A stretch of 64,000 bases of DNA from an uncultured Chloroflexota bacterium (GTDB lineage Bacteria > Chloroflexota > Dehalococcoidia > Lucifugimonadales > CAJXCD01), in NCBI GenBank assembly GCA_913051545.1, contig CAJXCD010000001.1:236863-300862 (forward strand). Reading direction: 5' to 3'. Positions 40,395 through 49,972 of this stretch are shown here, piece by piece; position 1 is the stretch's first letter; each line of letters starts with the position of its first letter. Below the pieces are notes generated by a model, which saw only the letters and a list, made by a program, of their open reading frames with translations, ran no database searches and was not told where the DNA came from. The translations under genes and the position numbers were made by a program.

Positions 40395-41465
40395 CTAGGT
40401 TTTCAGCATTTCGGACAATTCTTTTTCTAGCCCGTGTTCTTGTACCAGGGCCATTAGTTGATTCCAAGTTGCCTGTTCAACGGGTATACCGTTAGATAAG
40501 CGCTCTTCACGGGTCTTTTTTTCAATTTCTCCTGGATACAGAACCCCCTGAGAGCCCTCCATTGTAGAGGAAGATTTTACCCATTCAACAGCTTCTTGTA
40601 CCGCATCGCTAACTCCTGGAATGGGTGACACGGAAGCTACATCAATTACAATAATGGAAGAGCTCCCACTCCATTGAAACTGTGAGGCTTCTGTAGCTCC
40701 TAATCCACCTAAAAGCCCTCCAAATAATGCAACCATGAACCCTAGGGCATAACCTTTGTGTCCTCCGCTCATCCCACCCATTGGAAGTATTGCTCCACCG
40801 TCATAATAGTCGTTTGGGTTATCACTTGGCATGCCATTTTTATCGATAATCCATTTATCAGGTAAAGTTCTTCCCCCTGCACGATATACTCTTAGTTTCC
40901 CTTCAGCAGCCATCGATGTCGCGAAGTCAAGTAATACTCGCCCGCCCTTTGGTAGAGGGAATGACATGGATATTGGATTAGTGCCATACCGTCTTTCACT
41001 ACCACCGAATGGTGTTACATTTTGTGCGAATGGGCCGCCCATAAACCCCGTGAACATAATTGCAGCCATTCCACTTTGTGCCACTGTTTCAGGGTAAGCT
41101 CCAATACGTCCTGTATGTCCCATTCGACCCATAGAAACGAATGAAATCCCTGATTTTTTAGCTTTGCTGATAGCAAGTTGTGTAGCGAAAGTAGCTACAA
41201 CTTGGCCGAATCCAGAATTGCCATTTACGAGAGCAGACCCACCAGCTTCTTGGACTATTTCTGGCTGTGCACGCGGGTTCAATGTGCCTTCATCAATTTC
41301 TTTAATGTATTGCATCGTGCGAATAATACCGTGAGAATCATGTCCGGCAAGATTTGCGTCAGTAAGATGTTGTGCTAGGGTGGTCGCATTTTCTTTAGGT
41401 GCTCCCATTTTTGAAAAAAGACCTAGGGCGATTTTATAAATCAAATTATTATTTACTATAGGCAT
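40395..41465 (-). CDS. Ldh_2 family oxidoreductase, divergent tandem paralog
   Basis: GHDSHGIIRTMQY and GHTGRIGAY motifs. ATG 41465 has a GGAGG 7 nt upstream; the track start is 41480. Confidence 0.75.
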   Translation of the reverse strand: MPIVNNNLIYKIALGLFSKMGAPKENATTLAQHLTDANLAGHDSHGIIRTMQYIKEIDEGTLNPRAQPEIVQEAGGSALVNGNSGFGQVVATFATQLAISKAKKSGISFVSMGRMGHTGRIGAYPETVAQSGMAAIMFTGFMGGPFAQNVTPFGGSERRYGTNPISMSFPLPKGGRVLLDFATSMAAEGKLRVYRAGGRTLPDKWIIDKNGMPSDNPNDYYDGGAILPMGGMSGGHKGYALGFMVALFGGLLGGLGATEASQFQWSGSSSIIVIDVASVSPIPGVSDAVQEAVEWVKSSSTMEGSQGVLYPGEIEKKTREERLSNGIPVEQATWNQLMALVQEHGLEKELSEMLKT

Positions 41466-41579
41466 AGGAAACCTCCACATTTAAATATGTCGCTATCAGT
41501 ATTTCCCGTTCAGCCTGGGATTGTAACATTAGATTTGCAGTTTTGTGTGAATGGAGTAAGTGATTTGCAAAGACTTGAT

Positions 41580-43091
41580 TTATGAGGGGTCATATATTTC
41601 TGTTTCTGGATAGAATGAACTCCAAGCCATCCAAAAAGATAAGTGGGTTGCTATGCGAGGAAGAATTTTTCGAGGATTTAACTGATGTATAAGCCTCGTC
41701 TCGGTTATACTCCAGATCTCGCCATTTTGATCTACTAAAGTGCTTATAGGGTCATCGACTCGCAGGCTAGGAAGTGTAAAATCATACTCTTTACGGTCAT
41801 ATACCCTAATTTCCTCTGGTTGTCCGGAGGTTACTATTACTAAGTCAGTGTTTCCAACAGTATCATTTAAAACCGAGTTTTTGGTTAGCATCTTTACTGG
41901 GTATGCTTTTGTAAAACCACTCATTTTCAAGCCTAATATCAGATCTTTAGCATTGAATGCGGGATCTATATTCCAAATAGGAAATAACGGCGTCTTAAGA
42001 TTGCGATAATCGTAGTAGGAACTTAAAGGGTCAGATTCAGGACGATATAGTTCAGGTGGGTATATACCAGTATTTATTGAAAGAACAGTAGTTTCAGGAT
42101 GAGAATGGAGCCATCTCTCCCAGGTAGTTACTAGTACAGGGAAAAATTTGAGCTTGATTCCCTTATTAGATAATGGTCCAATTACGGGCTCTCCTGTCAA
42201 TTGATTCCAAAGACTTTCCGTTTCCCTGTCGTACATGAGTTTATTGCTGCGATAAAGCAATCCAGATGTGCCAAATGTAGTTGGTGTGTCTAGGATCTTG
42301 GAGGAATACACGATTCCTGCATTGCAAAGTGTTCAGTACGTTAATGTAATATGCTCGCCTCCTAGAATATCATTGGCCATTTCATGGGGATTTAGTATGC
42401 GCAAAGGATAAGCTCTATGTTCCCCATTTATCGATACTCCAAAAACGTGGTCGTCTCCAGAGAGATACTTGGCATCGTTAGCGTTTACAACTGGACTATA
42501 TTGGAGGTCAGGTATGCCATCCACCAGCACGCCTCCCCATACTATTTCTGTGAGGTCTATTTTAGAAGTTTCATTCGCGGATTCAAGTAGGTTTTCGAAC
42601 TTGGGGTCGATACTTCTCATTAATGTTATTTTCCACTCCAGATATCTTGCAGGGGGATTGAAGTCGGATCGATTATTACCTATCCAAACCATCCATGTGT
42701 TCCACTCATCAAAGCTCCTGGGGATTGTTTGTTCTGTAAGGGAATTTAAAACAGAGTTTGCAGTGTAAAGGAAGCGTTCATTTGGGAAGAAACGCATTAT
42801 TTCAATTATTACTGGGACTTGGGATTTATCTTGATGCAATTTGGCATTACTTAATGCATTGACGGCTACCTCTAAAGAGTGCCCTGATCCGGAGTAAATT
42901 GAGAACATGTTTGTGTCAGAATCATATTTTTTTACAGCGAGTGCTTCGGTGTGGTTGATATTTCCGATGGGGCTAGAAGTGTTTTCACTTTCTGAACCAC
43001 AAGACAGCGAGATCCCAACGAGTAGCATAAGATATATGGTGGAGGATAAAGATGATTTAGTCACAATCCTTTTGCAGGTAGCGGTAAGCAT
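41580..43091 (-). CDS. DUF3179-family protein with one in-frame TGA (42333..42335): candidate selenoprotein, alternatively a nonsense pseudogene
   Basis: ORFs 42333..43091 and 41580..42311 share one frame and together form a single DUF3179 domain. They are separated only by a TGA and 7 sense codons. Read-through gives ...ITLTY-U-TLCNAGIVY... Confidence 0.55.
42302..42318 (-). promoter_or_regulatory. Candidate bacterial SECIS-like hairpin
   Basis: AGGAAU-CGUGU-AUUCCU, a perfect 6-bp stem starting 14 nt after the in-frame UGA. Confidence 0.35.
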
Positions 43092-43167
43092 TCTTAATTA
43101 TGGATATGAAATCAGGCGTTTTAGAAATTTTACCAACTGTTTTAAGAAATAAAAATGTTCACTATCA

Positions 43168-44346
43168 TCATTTCTTAAACTCTTGGTTTAGACGCCGGAT
43201 AATTATCTCCACTTCCTCTCCATTTAGATTTATTGGATCGATAGCTAATTCATTAGGATTGCCTATAAAATGTAAGAATATAGGAGGTTTCCCAGTTGCC
43301 ATTCGTTCTAATATAGCGTCCCTGCTAGGACCTTCGTATTCGCTTCCAAATGTGAGTACGGTTGTGGGGATAAGATAGTTATACTGGTCGTGTTCGATTG
43401 TTACTTTCAAACCAGCGGCAGGGGTTAATGACTCGGATATATGTTGACTCATTTCGAGGTAGCATTTCGTTTCAGCATTCTCATCTTCTTGGGTGAAAAT
43501 CTGTAAAGCTGCTATTAATCCGACGATTTCTTCCTTGGCAACTTTCATAGGACGACCTAAAAACTGATTAGGACTGGAATTTGCTGATGCGGCTTCGATT
43601 AATTCAGACTTTCCACATAAAATCCCTGTTCCTTGAGGTCCTCTTACCCCTTTGCCTCCGCTGTAAATTACCATGTCGGCGCCTAGTTGCGAATAACGAC
43701 TTAGGTTGCCTCGTGGCGGGAGCATGGAGGCCGCATCTACTATGACAGGTACGCCATGGCGATGGGCGATTTCACAAACCTGCTCTAAAGGGAGAGCAAG
43801 TCGTGAGTAAAAAGGAGCTTGTAGATAAGCTACTGCGGCGGTCTTATATGTGAAGGCTGCCTCTAGTTGCCAAGGATGACAGCGTCGCCCATCACCAATT
43901 TCTACAAGTTTTGCCCCAGCTATGCGATAACACTGGTCATATGGGAATCTTTGGCTTTTTTGAATTATGATTTCGTTATTAAGGCCTTGAACATCCGGAA
44001 GTCGGCTCATTTTTGATGAATCATTACCGGCTATACAGGCGGCGGCCTGAAGGGTTAACCCGGCAGAGGCACCTCCTGTTACCAATCCAGCTTCTGCACC
44101 CGTAAGATCCGCCAGTATTTTCCCTGCTTGTTTGTTTAGATCGGCTAGATTTACCATTACACCGGATGCTTTATTCATGACGTCCATTATCTCTGGTCGT
44201 AGCTTGGAGCCACCGAATGCGGTAGTGTTTCCAGAAGCTGTAATCGCAGGTTCAACTCCGAGAGAGCGGTATATATCTACAGGATCTTCTATTCTAGTAA
44301 GTTGTGGTAACACTTCGTTCGGTCCCTTTTTATAATCTACGGTCAT
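43168..44346 (-). CDS. SelA-family (SelA/DgaE-like) PLP-dependent enzyme
   Basis: 392 aa. GVEPAITASGNTTAFGGS, GAEAGLVTGGASAGL, and the PLP-lysine region YSGGKGVRGPQGTGILCGKSELI, which resembles the SelA FSGDKLLGGPQ motif. Lacks the N-terminal extension of bona fide bacterial SelA. Confidence 0.65.
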   Translation of the reverse strand: MTVDYKKGPNEVLPQLTRIEDPVDIYRSLGVEPAITASGNTTAFGGSKLRPEIMDVMNKASGVMVNLADLNKQAGKILADLTGAEAGLVTGGASAGLTLQAAACIAGNDSSKMSRLPDVQGLNNEIIIQKSQRFPYDQCYRIAGAKLVEIGDGRRCHPWQLEAAFTYKTAAVAYLQAPFYSRLALPLEQVCEIAHRHGVPVIVDAASMLPPRGNLSRYSQLGADMVIYSGGKGVRGPQGTGILCGKSELIEAASANSSPNQFLGRPMKVAKEEIVGLIAALQIFTQEDENAETKCYLEMSQHISESLTPAAGLKVTIEHDQYNYLIPTTVLTFGSEYEGPSRDAILERMATGKPPIFLHFIGNPNELAIDPINLNGEEVEIIIRRLNQEFKK

Positions 44347-44387
44347 TAAATTTAGGTCGCCAGATTCTCTGCCATTGAGCTAATGAT

Positions 44388-45428
44388 TTAAAGGATAATC
44401 ATAGCATCTCCGAAACTGTAAAACCTATACTTCATATCTGATGCTTCAGTGTATGCTCTCATGATTAAATCCCTGCCTCCAAAGGCACATGTGAGCATCA
44501 AGAGTGTTGATTGTGGAAGGTGAAAGTTTGTTACCAACGAGTTTATAACACGAAATGTGTGTCCTGGTATTATAAATGTGTCTGCCCATCCAGAACCAGG
44601 GGTAATAAATTTAAGAGGCAGGTCTTTCTCAGAATTTACTTTAGCTACGTGTTCTAGGAGTCGGACTGAAGTTGTTCCTATAGATATAATTCTGCGCTTT
44701 TCTTGGATTGCACTATTTATTTCATTTGCTGCCTTCTCACTAATTTCATAATATTCGGAATTCAATGTATGAGATTCCACTGATTTAGCACGTATTAACC
44801 TGAAAGAATCCCATCCTACATGCAAAGTTAAAAAAATAGGTTTTGCGCCTTTGGCCCGAATTTTTTCCATAAGTTCAGGTGTAAAATGGAGTCCAGCTGT
44901 GGGTGCTGCAACGCTTCCGATAGTATTACTGTAGATGGTTTGATATCTCTCAGGGTCAGCTAGTGGTTCTTTTATATACGGCGGCAGGGCCACAACACCT
45001 AAATCTGACAGGTACTCTTCTTTGTCGAATTTTACTATCTTGGCACCACTTTCTTTAGTCTCTATGACTTCTCCAAGAATCGATTTGTTTTTTGCCCTAA
45101 TTTCAAACTTGTCTCCAGCTTTCATCTTTTTCCCAGGACGTGCGAGGCACATCCAGATGCTAGGTGATATGCTATGCAATAGAGTAATTTCAACTTTGGC
45201 TCCAGTTCTTGATAGTTGTACTACTAGTCGTGCAGGAAACACTCTACTGTTATTGAATATTATTAAGTCACCTGACTCGAGGAATTTTGGCAGATCGTAG
45301 AAGTGATAATGTTCTATACGATTACTCTGGCGGGTGATTACCATTAGTCGTGAAGCATCCCGAGGTTCGACAGGTACTTGTGCGATAAGGGACTTATCGA
45401 ACTTGAAGTCGTAATCTGTTGTTTGCAT
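44388..45428 (-). CDS. queA: S-adenosylmethionine:tRNA ribosyltransferase-isomerase
   Basis: DYDFKFDKSLIAQVPVEPRDASRLMV N-terminus, GSVAAPTAGLHFT, TTSVRLLE. Confidence 0.9.
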   Translation of the reverse strand: MQTTDYDFKFDKSLIAQVPVEPRDASRLMVITRQSNRIEHYHFYDLPKFLESGDLIIFNNSRVFPARLVVQLSRTGAKVEITLLHSISPSIWMCLARPGKKMKAGDKFEIRAKNKSILGEVIETKESGAKIVKFDKEEYLSDLGVVALPPYIKEPLADPERYQTIYSNTIGSVAAPTAGLHFTPELMEKIRAKGAKPIFLTLHVGWDSFRLIRAKSVESHTLNSEYYEISEKAANEINSAIQEKRRIISIGTTSVRLLEHVAKVNSEKDLPLKFITPGSGWADTFIIPGHTFRVINSLVTNFHLPQSTLLMLTCAFGGRDLIMRAYTEASDMKYRFYSFGDAMIIL

Positions 45429-45436
45429 AGTTTGTT

Positions 45437-46354
45437 TTAGTACTCAGTAGTTAAGTCGCCAACGGCCAGTCGTGTAGCTAAGAGGGTGTTCTCTAAAAGC
45501 ATTGCAATCGTCATTGGCCCTACACCACCTGGTACAGGACTAATTGATGACACTTTTCCCAAAACCGAATCAAAGTCTACATCTCCAACAAGTCTGTATC
45601 CATTTTTGCGTTTACGGTCGTCAATTCTGTTTATTCCCACGTCTATTATCACAGCACCCTCTTTGACCATTCCGCTATTTATGAATAGTGGCTTTCCAAT
45701 TGCTGCAACAAGTATGTCTGCTTGTCGAGTAAAATTTGCAATGTCACGTGTTTTAGAATGACACACCGTAACAGTTGAATTGGCTCCATGATTTTGTTGG
45801 GATAGCAGCAAGGCTAATGGTTTTCCTACGATGTTGCTCCGACCACAAATAACAACGTGTTGGCCAGTCGGATTGATTCCACTCTCCAATAGCATCCTTT
45901 GTACGCCAGCAGGTGTTGCAGGAACAAAAAGCTGCCGGCCTTGCGATAAGCGCCCAATGTTTATTGGGTGTACACCATCGACATCTTTATTGGGGTCAAT
46001 AGCATCTATTATCTTCCCTGTGTCGATATGGTACGGTAGGGGCAATTGAACAAGAATCCCATGAACCCCGGGATCAATATTGAGTTCCATGATTTTTGAA
46101 ATTAGTTCTTTCTGCGAAATTTTTTCTGGCAGATGAATGTCTTTGGCACACATGCCTGCCTTTTGGGCGGCAATTTGCTTATTACGGACATATACTAATG
46201 AGGGTGGATCAGTTCCTACCTGTATGACGTTGAGGTTTGGCGCAATAGAATATTTAGATTCAAGAATATTTACTTCATCTTTGACTTTATCCCTAACTTG
46301 AATTGCCAAGCTCTTTCCGTCAATTATTGTTGATGACAAATCTAACACTCCCAA
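45437..46354 (-). CDS. folD: Bifunctional methylene-THF dehydrogenase / methenyl-THF cyclohydrolase
   Basis: IIDGKSLA, VGTDPPSLVYVRNK, GRSNIVGKPLALLL, PVPGGVGPMT. Confidence 0.9.
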   Translation of the reverse strand: MGVLDLSSTIIDGKSLAIQVRDKVKDEVNILESKYSIAPNLNVIQVGTDPPSLVYVRNKQIAAQKAGMCAKDIHLPEKISQKELISKIMELNIDPGVHGILVQLPLPYHIDTGKIIDAIDPNKDVDGVHPINIGRLSQGRQLFVPATPAGVQRMLLESGINPTGQHVVICGRSNIVGKPLALLLSQQNHGANSTVTVCHSKTRDIANFTRQADILVAAIGKPLFINSGMVKEGAVIIDVGINRIDDRKRKNGYRLVGDVDFDSVLGKVSSISPVPGGVGPMTIAMLLENTLLATRLAVGDLTTEY

Positions 46355-46484
46355 AACATGAAACTATATCTAAAGATCTGAATTCCAGTTATATAACAAT
46401 AACACTACTTTCATTTGAGCAAACATCAGAACTATAATGCATCACGAATTGTTGTGCATTAAATAAATATGGAGAGGCCTAAGA

Positions 46485-47357
46485 TTGTCTAAATTATCTG
46501 ATGAGTTTACTTCTGGTAAATTTTCTGTTACGTGTGAATTAAATCCTCCTAAAGGTGTTAATCTTGACCCTTTATACCAAAAGGCCGAATCTTTAAAAGG
46601 AGTGGTTTCAGCATTTAATCTGACGGACTCGGCCGGATCTTCTATGGCTATGGCGCCTATAGCAGTGGCTAGTTTGTTGTCGGATAGAGGAGTGGAAACA
46701 ATATTGCAAATCACAGGTAGGGATCGTAACAAGATGGCTCTGCAGTCTGAATTGCTCGCGGCTTCAGCTCTTGGCGTGACTCATGTCCTTTGTATGAGTG
46801 GCGACCCTCCAGGTGTAGGAGACCATCCTGACGCAACGGCCGTTGGTGATTTGGATGCGATAGGGCTATTGGGCGCAGTTAATACACTTGGATCTGGTAA
46901 AGATCTTGCTGGTAATGACTTGAAGGGTTCCCCCTCTTTGTTTGCCGGTGCAGTGGCTAATCCAGGAGCCTCGGATCTGAAGCGTGAAATTAAACGTATG
47001 GAAGCTAAGGTTAAAGCCGGTGCAGTCTTTTTCCAGACTCAAGCATTTTACGATCCTCAAACACTGGAAAATTTCATGAAAGAAGCGGGGTCTTTTGGAG
47101 TACCGATACTCGCTGGGTTAATTGTTCTTAAATCTAGTAAAATGGCTGGGTATTTGAATGACAATTTACCTGGTGTGACCGTACCCGATGAAATTGTGAA
47201 AGAAATGGATAATGCCGAGGATAAGAAAGCCAAGAGCGTCGAAGTGTCTGCCAGAATCGTAAGGTGGGCCAGAGACATGTGTGACGGAGTCCATATAATG
47301 GCTATGGGTTGGGAGTCTCAAGTTCCAGAAATACTACAAGTGGCAGAAATCGATTAA
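46485..47357 (+). CDS. Methylenetetrahydrofolate reductase (short MetF-like type)
   Basis: 290 aa. FSVTCELNPPKG N-terminus and a TIM-barrel MTHFR-like body. TTG start with a GGAGAGG 8 nt upstream. Divergent from folD. Confidence 0.75.
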   Translation: MSKLSDEFTSGKFSVTCELNPPKGVNLDPLYQKAESLKGVVSAFNLTDSAGSSMAMAPIAVASLLSDRGVETILQITGRDRNKMALQSELLAASALGVTHVLCMSGDPPGVGDHPDATAVGDLDAIGLLGAVNTLGSGKDLAGNDLKGSPSLFAGAVANPGASDLKREIKRMEAKVKAGAVFFQTQAFYDPQTLENFMKEAGSFGVPILAGLIVLKSSKMAGYLNDNLPGVTVPDEIVKEMDNAEDKKAKSVEVSARIVRWARDMCDGVHIMAMGWESQVPEILQVAEID

Positions 47358-47409
47358 TACTACTCCCGATCCGAAACCTTAATTCACTCAATGGGTGCTA
47401 ATCAATAAA

Positions 47410-47769
47410 ATGTTAGTCACAGGGGTAGATATTGTAGAGATACATCGAGTTGATAGAATTGTAGAGATATATGGGGCTAGGTTTCTAAGCCGTATATACA
47501 CCGATCGGGAAGTAGCTTACGCACGTGGTAGAGCACCTCAGTTGGCTAGTAGGTTCGCCGCCAAAGAAGCAGTGATGAAAGCACTGGGGACAGGAGTCCG
47601 TGGGGTGAGGTGGAGAGATATAGAGGTAGTAAGAGATCCTGGAGGACCTCCTCGGATATGCCTTCATGGGAGTGCGCTTAACAAATTCGATAATATGGGA
47701 TTGGATTCTCTGGCAGTATCACTTTCACATTCCCAAGAGTACGCGGTAGCTTTTGTGGTCGGTATGTAA
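47410..47769 (+). CDS. acpS: Holo-ACP synthase (4'-phosphopantetheinyl transferase)
   Basis: GVDIVEIHRV, FAAKEAVMKALG, SLSHSQEYAVAFVV. ATG 47410 preferred over GTG 47395. Confidence 0.85.
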   Translation: MLVTGVDIVEIHRVDRIVEIYGARFLSRIYTDREVAYARGRAPQLASRFAAKEAVMKALGTGVRGVRWRDIEVVRDPGGPPRICLHGSALNKFDNMGLDSLAVSLSHSQEYAVAFVVGM

Positions 47770-47942
47770 AATTTGGATATTTGTTTCGATTCACAGTTGG
47801 TTTTTCTTGTAATCATCTAATATTTAGATACTTAGCTTATTTATTTTAGGTGAAAGTAGTATTGCGTATGTGATCATAAATTAGCACATGAATATAGTTA
47901 CTTTGTAATTTTTGTGTTGAGTAAAATATAAGGAGGCCATAA

Positions 47943-48338
47943 TTGACTAAACGTAACTGGACTAAACTCAATTGGGCTGATCGCCAGCCACATGCAGGGC
48001 ATGAAAATGTGTTGATTAATTACATTTACGAACCGAAAGGCATGGAAGGCAAAGGGGAGGATGAAACAACACTGCTTGGGCAATGGCGTTTGACAAAACA
48101 CTCAATCCAGCCAATCAAACGTGGTGATTTTCATACAAATGAAGCTGACACATCTGAGCATGTTTTTTACGTTTTGGGCGGAAGAGGGCAGATAAAATTA
48201 GACGAAGAAAGTGTAGATATAGGTGTTGGTGATGCAGTTCATGTTCCGCCAAGTGTAGGACATCAAAGTATAAATAATGGAGACGAATGGTTAGAGCCGT
48301 TAGTTATTTCTGCTTCAACTAAGAGAGTAGGACAGTGA
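47943..48338 (+). CDS. Cupin domain protein
   Basis: Cupin motifs HVFYVLGGRGQI and GDAVHVPPSVGHQSIN. TTG start 6 nt after AGGAGG. Confidence 0.6.
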   Translation: MTKRNWTKLNWADRQPHAGHENVLINYIYEPKGMEGKGEDETTLLGQWRLTKHSIQPIKRGDFHTNEADTSEHVFYVLGGRGQIKLDEESVDIGVGDAVHVPPSVGHQSINNGDEWLEPLVISASTKRVGQ

Positions 48339-48394
48339 TAATAATTCAGAGAAATAGATTTTCTATAGTTAGGGAGTAGTTCAGGTACCCGATA

Positions 48395-49963
48395 ATGAAA
48401 ATTGTGACTGCCAAACAAATGAGAGACATTGAGAATAGGTGTTTTGCCGAAGGAATATCCCCGGATGAACTTATGGAGTCTGCAGGTAAGGCTGTTGCTC
48501 ACTGTGCATTTAATCATGCGCAGAAGTTGAATCAATTTTCTATAGGGGTTTTAGCTGGACCAGGCAATAATGGGGGGGACAGCTTGATAGCAGCTAAGTA
48601 CTTGTATCAATGGGGAGCCGAAGTTAATGTATTCATTTGTGGTGAACGTTCACTCAAAGACAAGAAATTAATGTTATTGACTCAAAAAAACTTGGCTATA
48701 TATGACACTAAAATTGATGCTGGCGCCGAAAAATTAAGAGAGCTTTTACCTAGAATGAATGTTGTGATCGATGGCATCTTTGGATTGGGCTTGAATCGTC
48801 CAATAGATGATATGATTTCAGCTTCTATTATTGCTGTAAATAATGAAAAAAACAGGCGGCATAATCTGGTGGTTATTTCAGTGGATGTCCCTAGTGGCAT
48901 AAATTCGGATACAGGTTCCATAGATGCTAATTGCATTTACGCTGATGTGACGTGTGCTTTAGGCAGGCCCAAGTTAGGGTTTTATAGATTTCCGGGAGCT
49001 AAGTACGTAGGGAAGGTTGAGGTCAATCAAATAGGCATACTTAGAGAGTTTGATGGATGTGAAATGCCCGAATTAATGACACACTCTTGGGCAGAAAGAA
49101 TTCTGCCATCTAGGCCACTTGATGCTCATAAGGGCGATTTTGGGAGAATATTAATAATAGGTGGTTCAAAAAACTATGTTGGCGCGCCTTCTTTAGCTGC
49201 TATAGGTGCCTTAAGAGTTGGTGGAGGATTGGTTACTGTTGCGGTCCCGGAAGGGATATTTAATTCCGTAGCATCAAATTGTCTAGAGCCGACATATATT
49301 CCCCTTCCAGAGATTACGGGAGGTGGTTTATCTCCAGAAGCATGTAATATTCTTATTGAGGAGATACCAAAGTATAGTGTAGTGCTTATCGGATGTGGCC
49401 TGGGTTTAGAAATTGAGACCCAGAACATGTTGGAAAAAATTCTTTACGATACAGATAATCTTCCTCCTGTTGTGGTTGATGCAGATGGCCTTAATTTGTT
49501 GTCACGTTACAGTGGAGAAAAATGGAGTGAGAGGTTTAAATCTCCGGCTATTATAACGCCCCACCCAGGCGAAATGCGTCGCTTGTGGGGTAAAGAAGAC
49601 GTTATGTCAAACGAAGATAGGCTGATTCAGTCGAGTGTAGCAGCTCAATTATGGAACAAAACGGTAGTTTTGAAGGGTCCATTTACGGTCGCGGCTTCAG
49701 GTGAAGGACATACTATGGTGAGTCCGTTTGCTAATCCCAGCCTTGCCACCGCAGGTACTGGGGATGTTTTGAGCGGTGTTATAGCTGGATTTTTGGCACA
49801 GGGTTTGTCTCTTATGGATGCTGGACCACTCGGAGTATATGTGCATGGATTGGCGGGATCTAGACTGAGGGATGAATTAGGAGACTCAGGTATATTAGCG
49901 GGGGACCTGTTGCCTGTTTTACCTAGGGTTATTAAAGAAATCAAGGAATCGACTCGGAACTGA
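48395..49963 (+). CDS. nnr: Bifunctional NAD(P)H-hydrate repair enzyme (epimerase / ADP-dependent dehydratase)
   Basis: N-terminal YjeF_N (GPGNNGGD) and C-terminal carbohydrate-kinase domain (HKGDFGRILIIGGS, GTGDVLSG). Confidence 0.85.
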   Translation: MKIVTAKQMRDIENRCFAEGISPDELMESAGKAVAHCAFNHAQKLNQFSIGVLAGPGNNGGDSLIAAKYLYQWGAEVNVFICGERSLKDKKLMLLTQKNLAIYDTKIDAGAEKLRELLPRMNVVIDGIFGLGLNRPIDDMISASIIAVNNEKNRRHNLVVISVDVPSGINSDTGSIDANCIYADVTCALGRPKLGFYRFPGAKYVGKVEVNQIGILREFDGCEMPELMTHSWAERILPSRPLDAHKGDFGRILIIGGSKNYVGAPSLAAIGALRVGGGLVTVAVPEGIFNSVASNCLEPTYIPLPEITGGGLSPEACNILIEEIPKYSVVLIGCGLGLEIETQNMLEKILYDTDNLPPVVVDADGLNLLSRYSGEKWSERFKSPAIITPHPGEMRRLWGKEDVMSNEDRLIQSSVAAQLWNKTVVLKGPFTVAASGEGHTMVSPFANPSLATAGTGDVLSGVIAGFLAQGLSLMDAGPLGVYVHGLAGSRLRDELGDSGILAGDLLPVLPRVIKEIKESTRN

Positions 49964-49972
49964 GAGTTACTT

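Noticed and set aside
43168-44346. Calling the SelA-family gene a bona fide selenocysteine synthase (selA)
   Set aside because: It is about 70 aa shorter than bacterial SelA and lacks the N-terminal domain, and the motif pattern fits the SelA-like/DgaE branch equally well. I kept it as SelA-family only.
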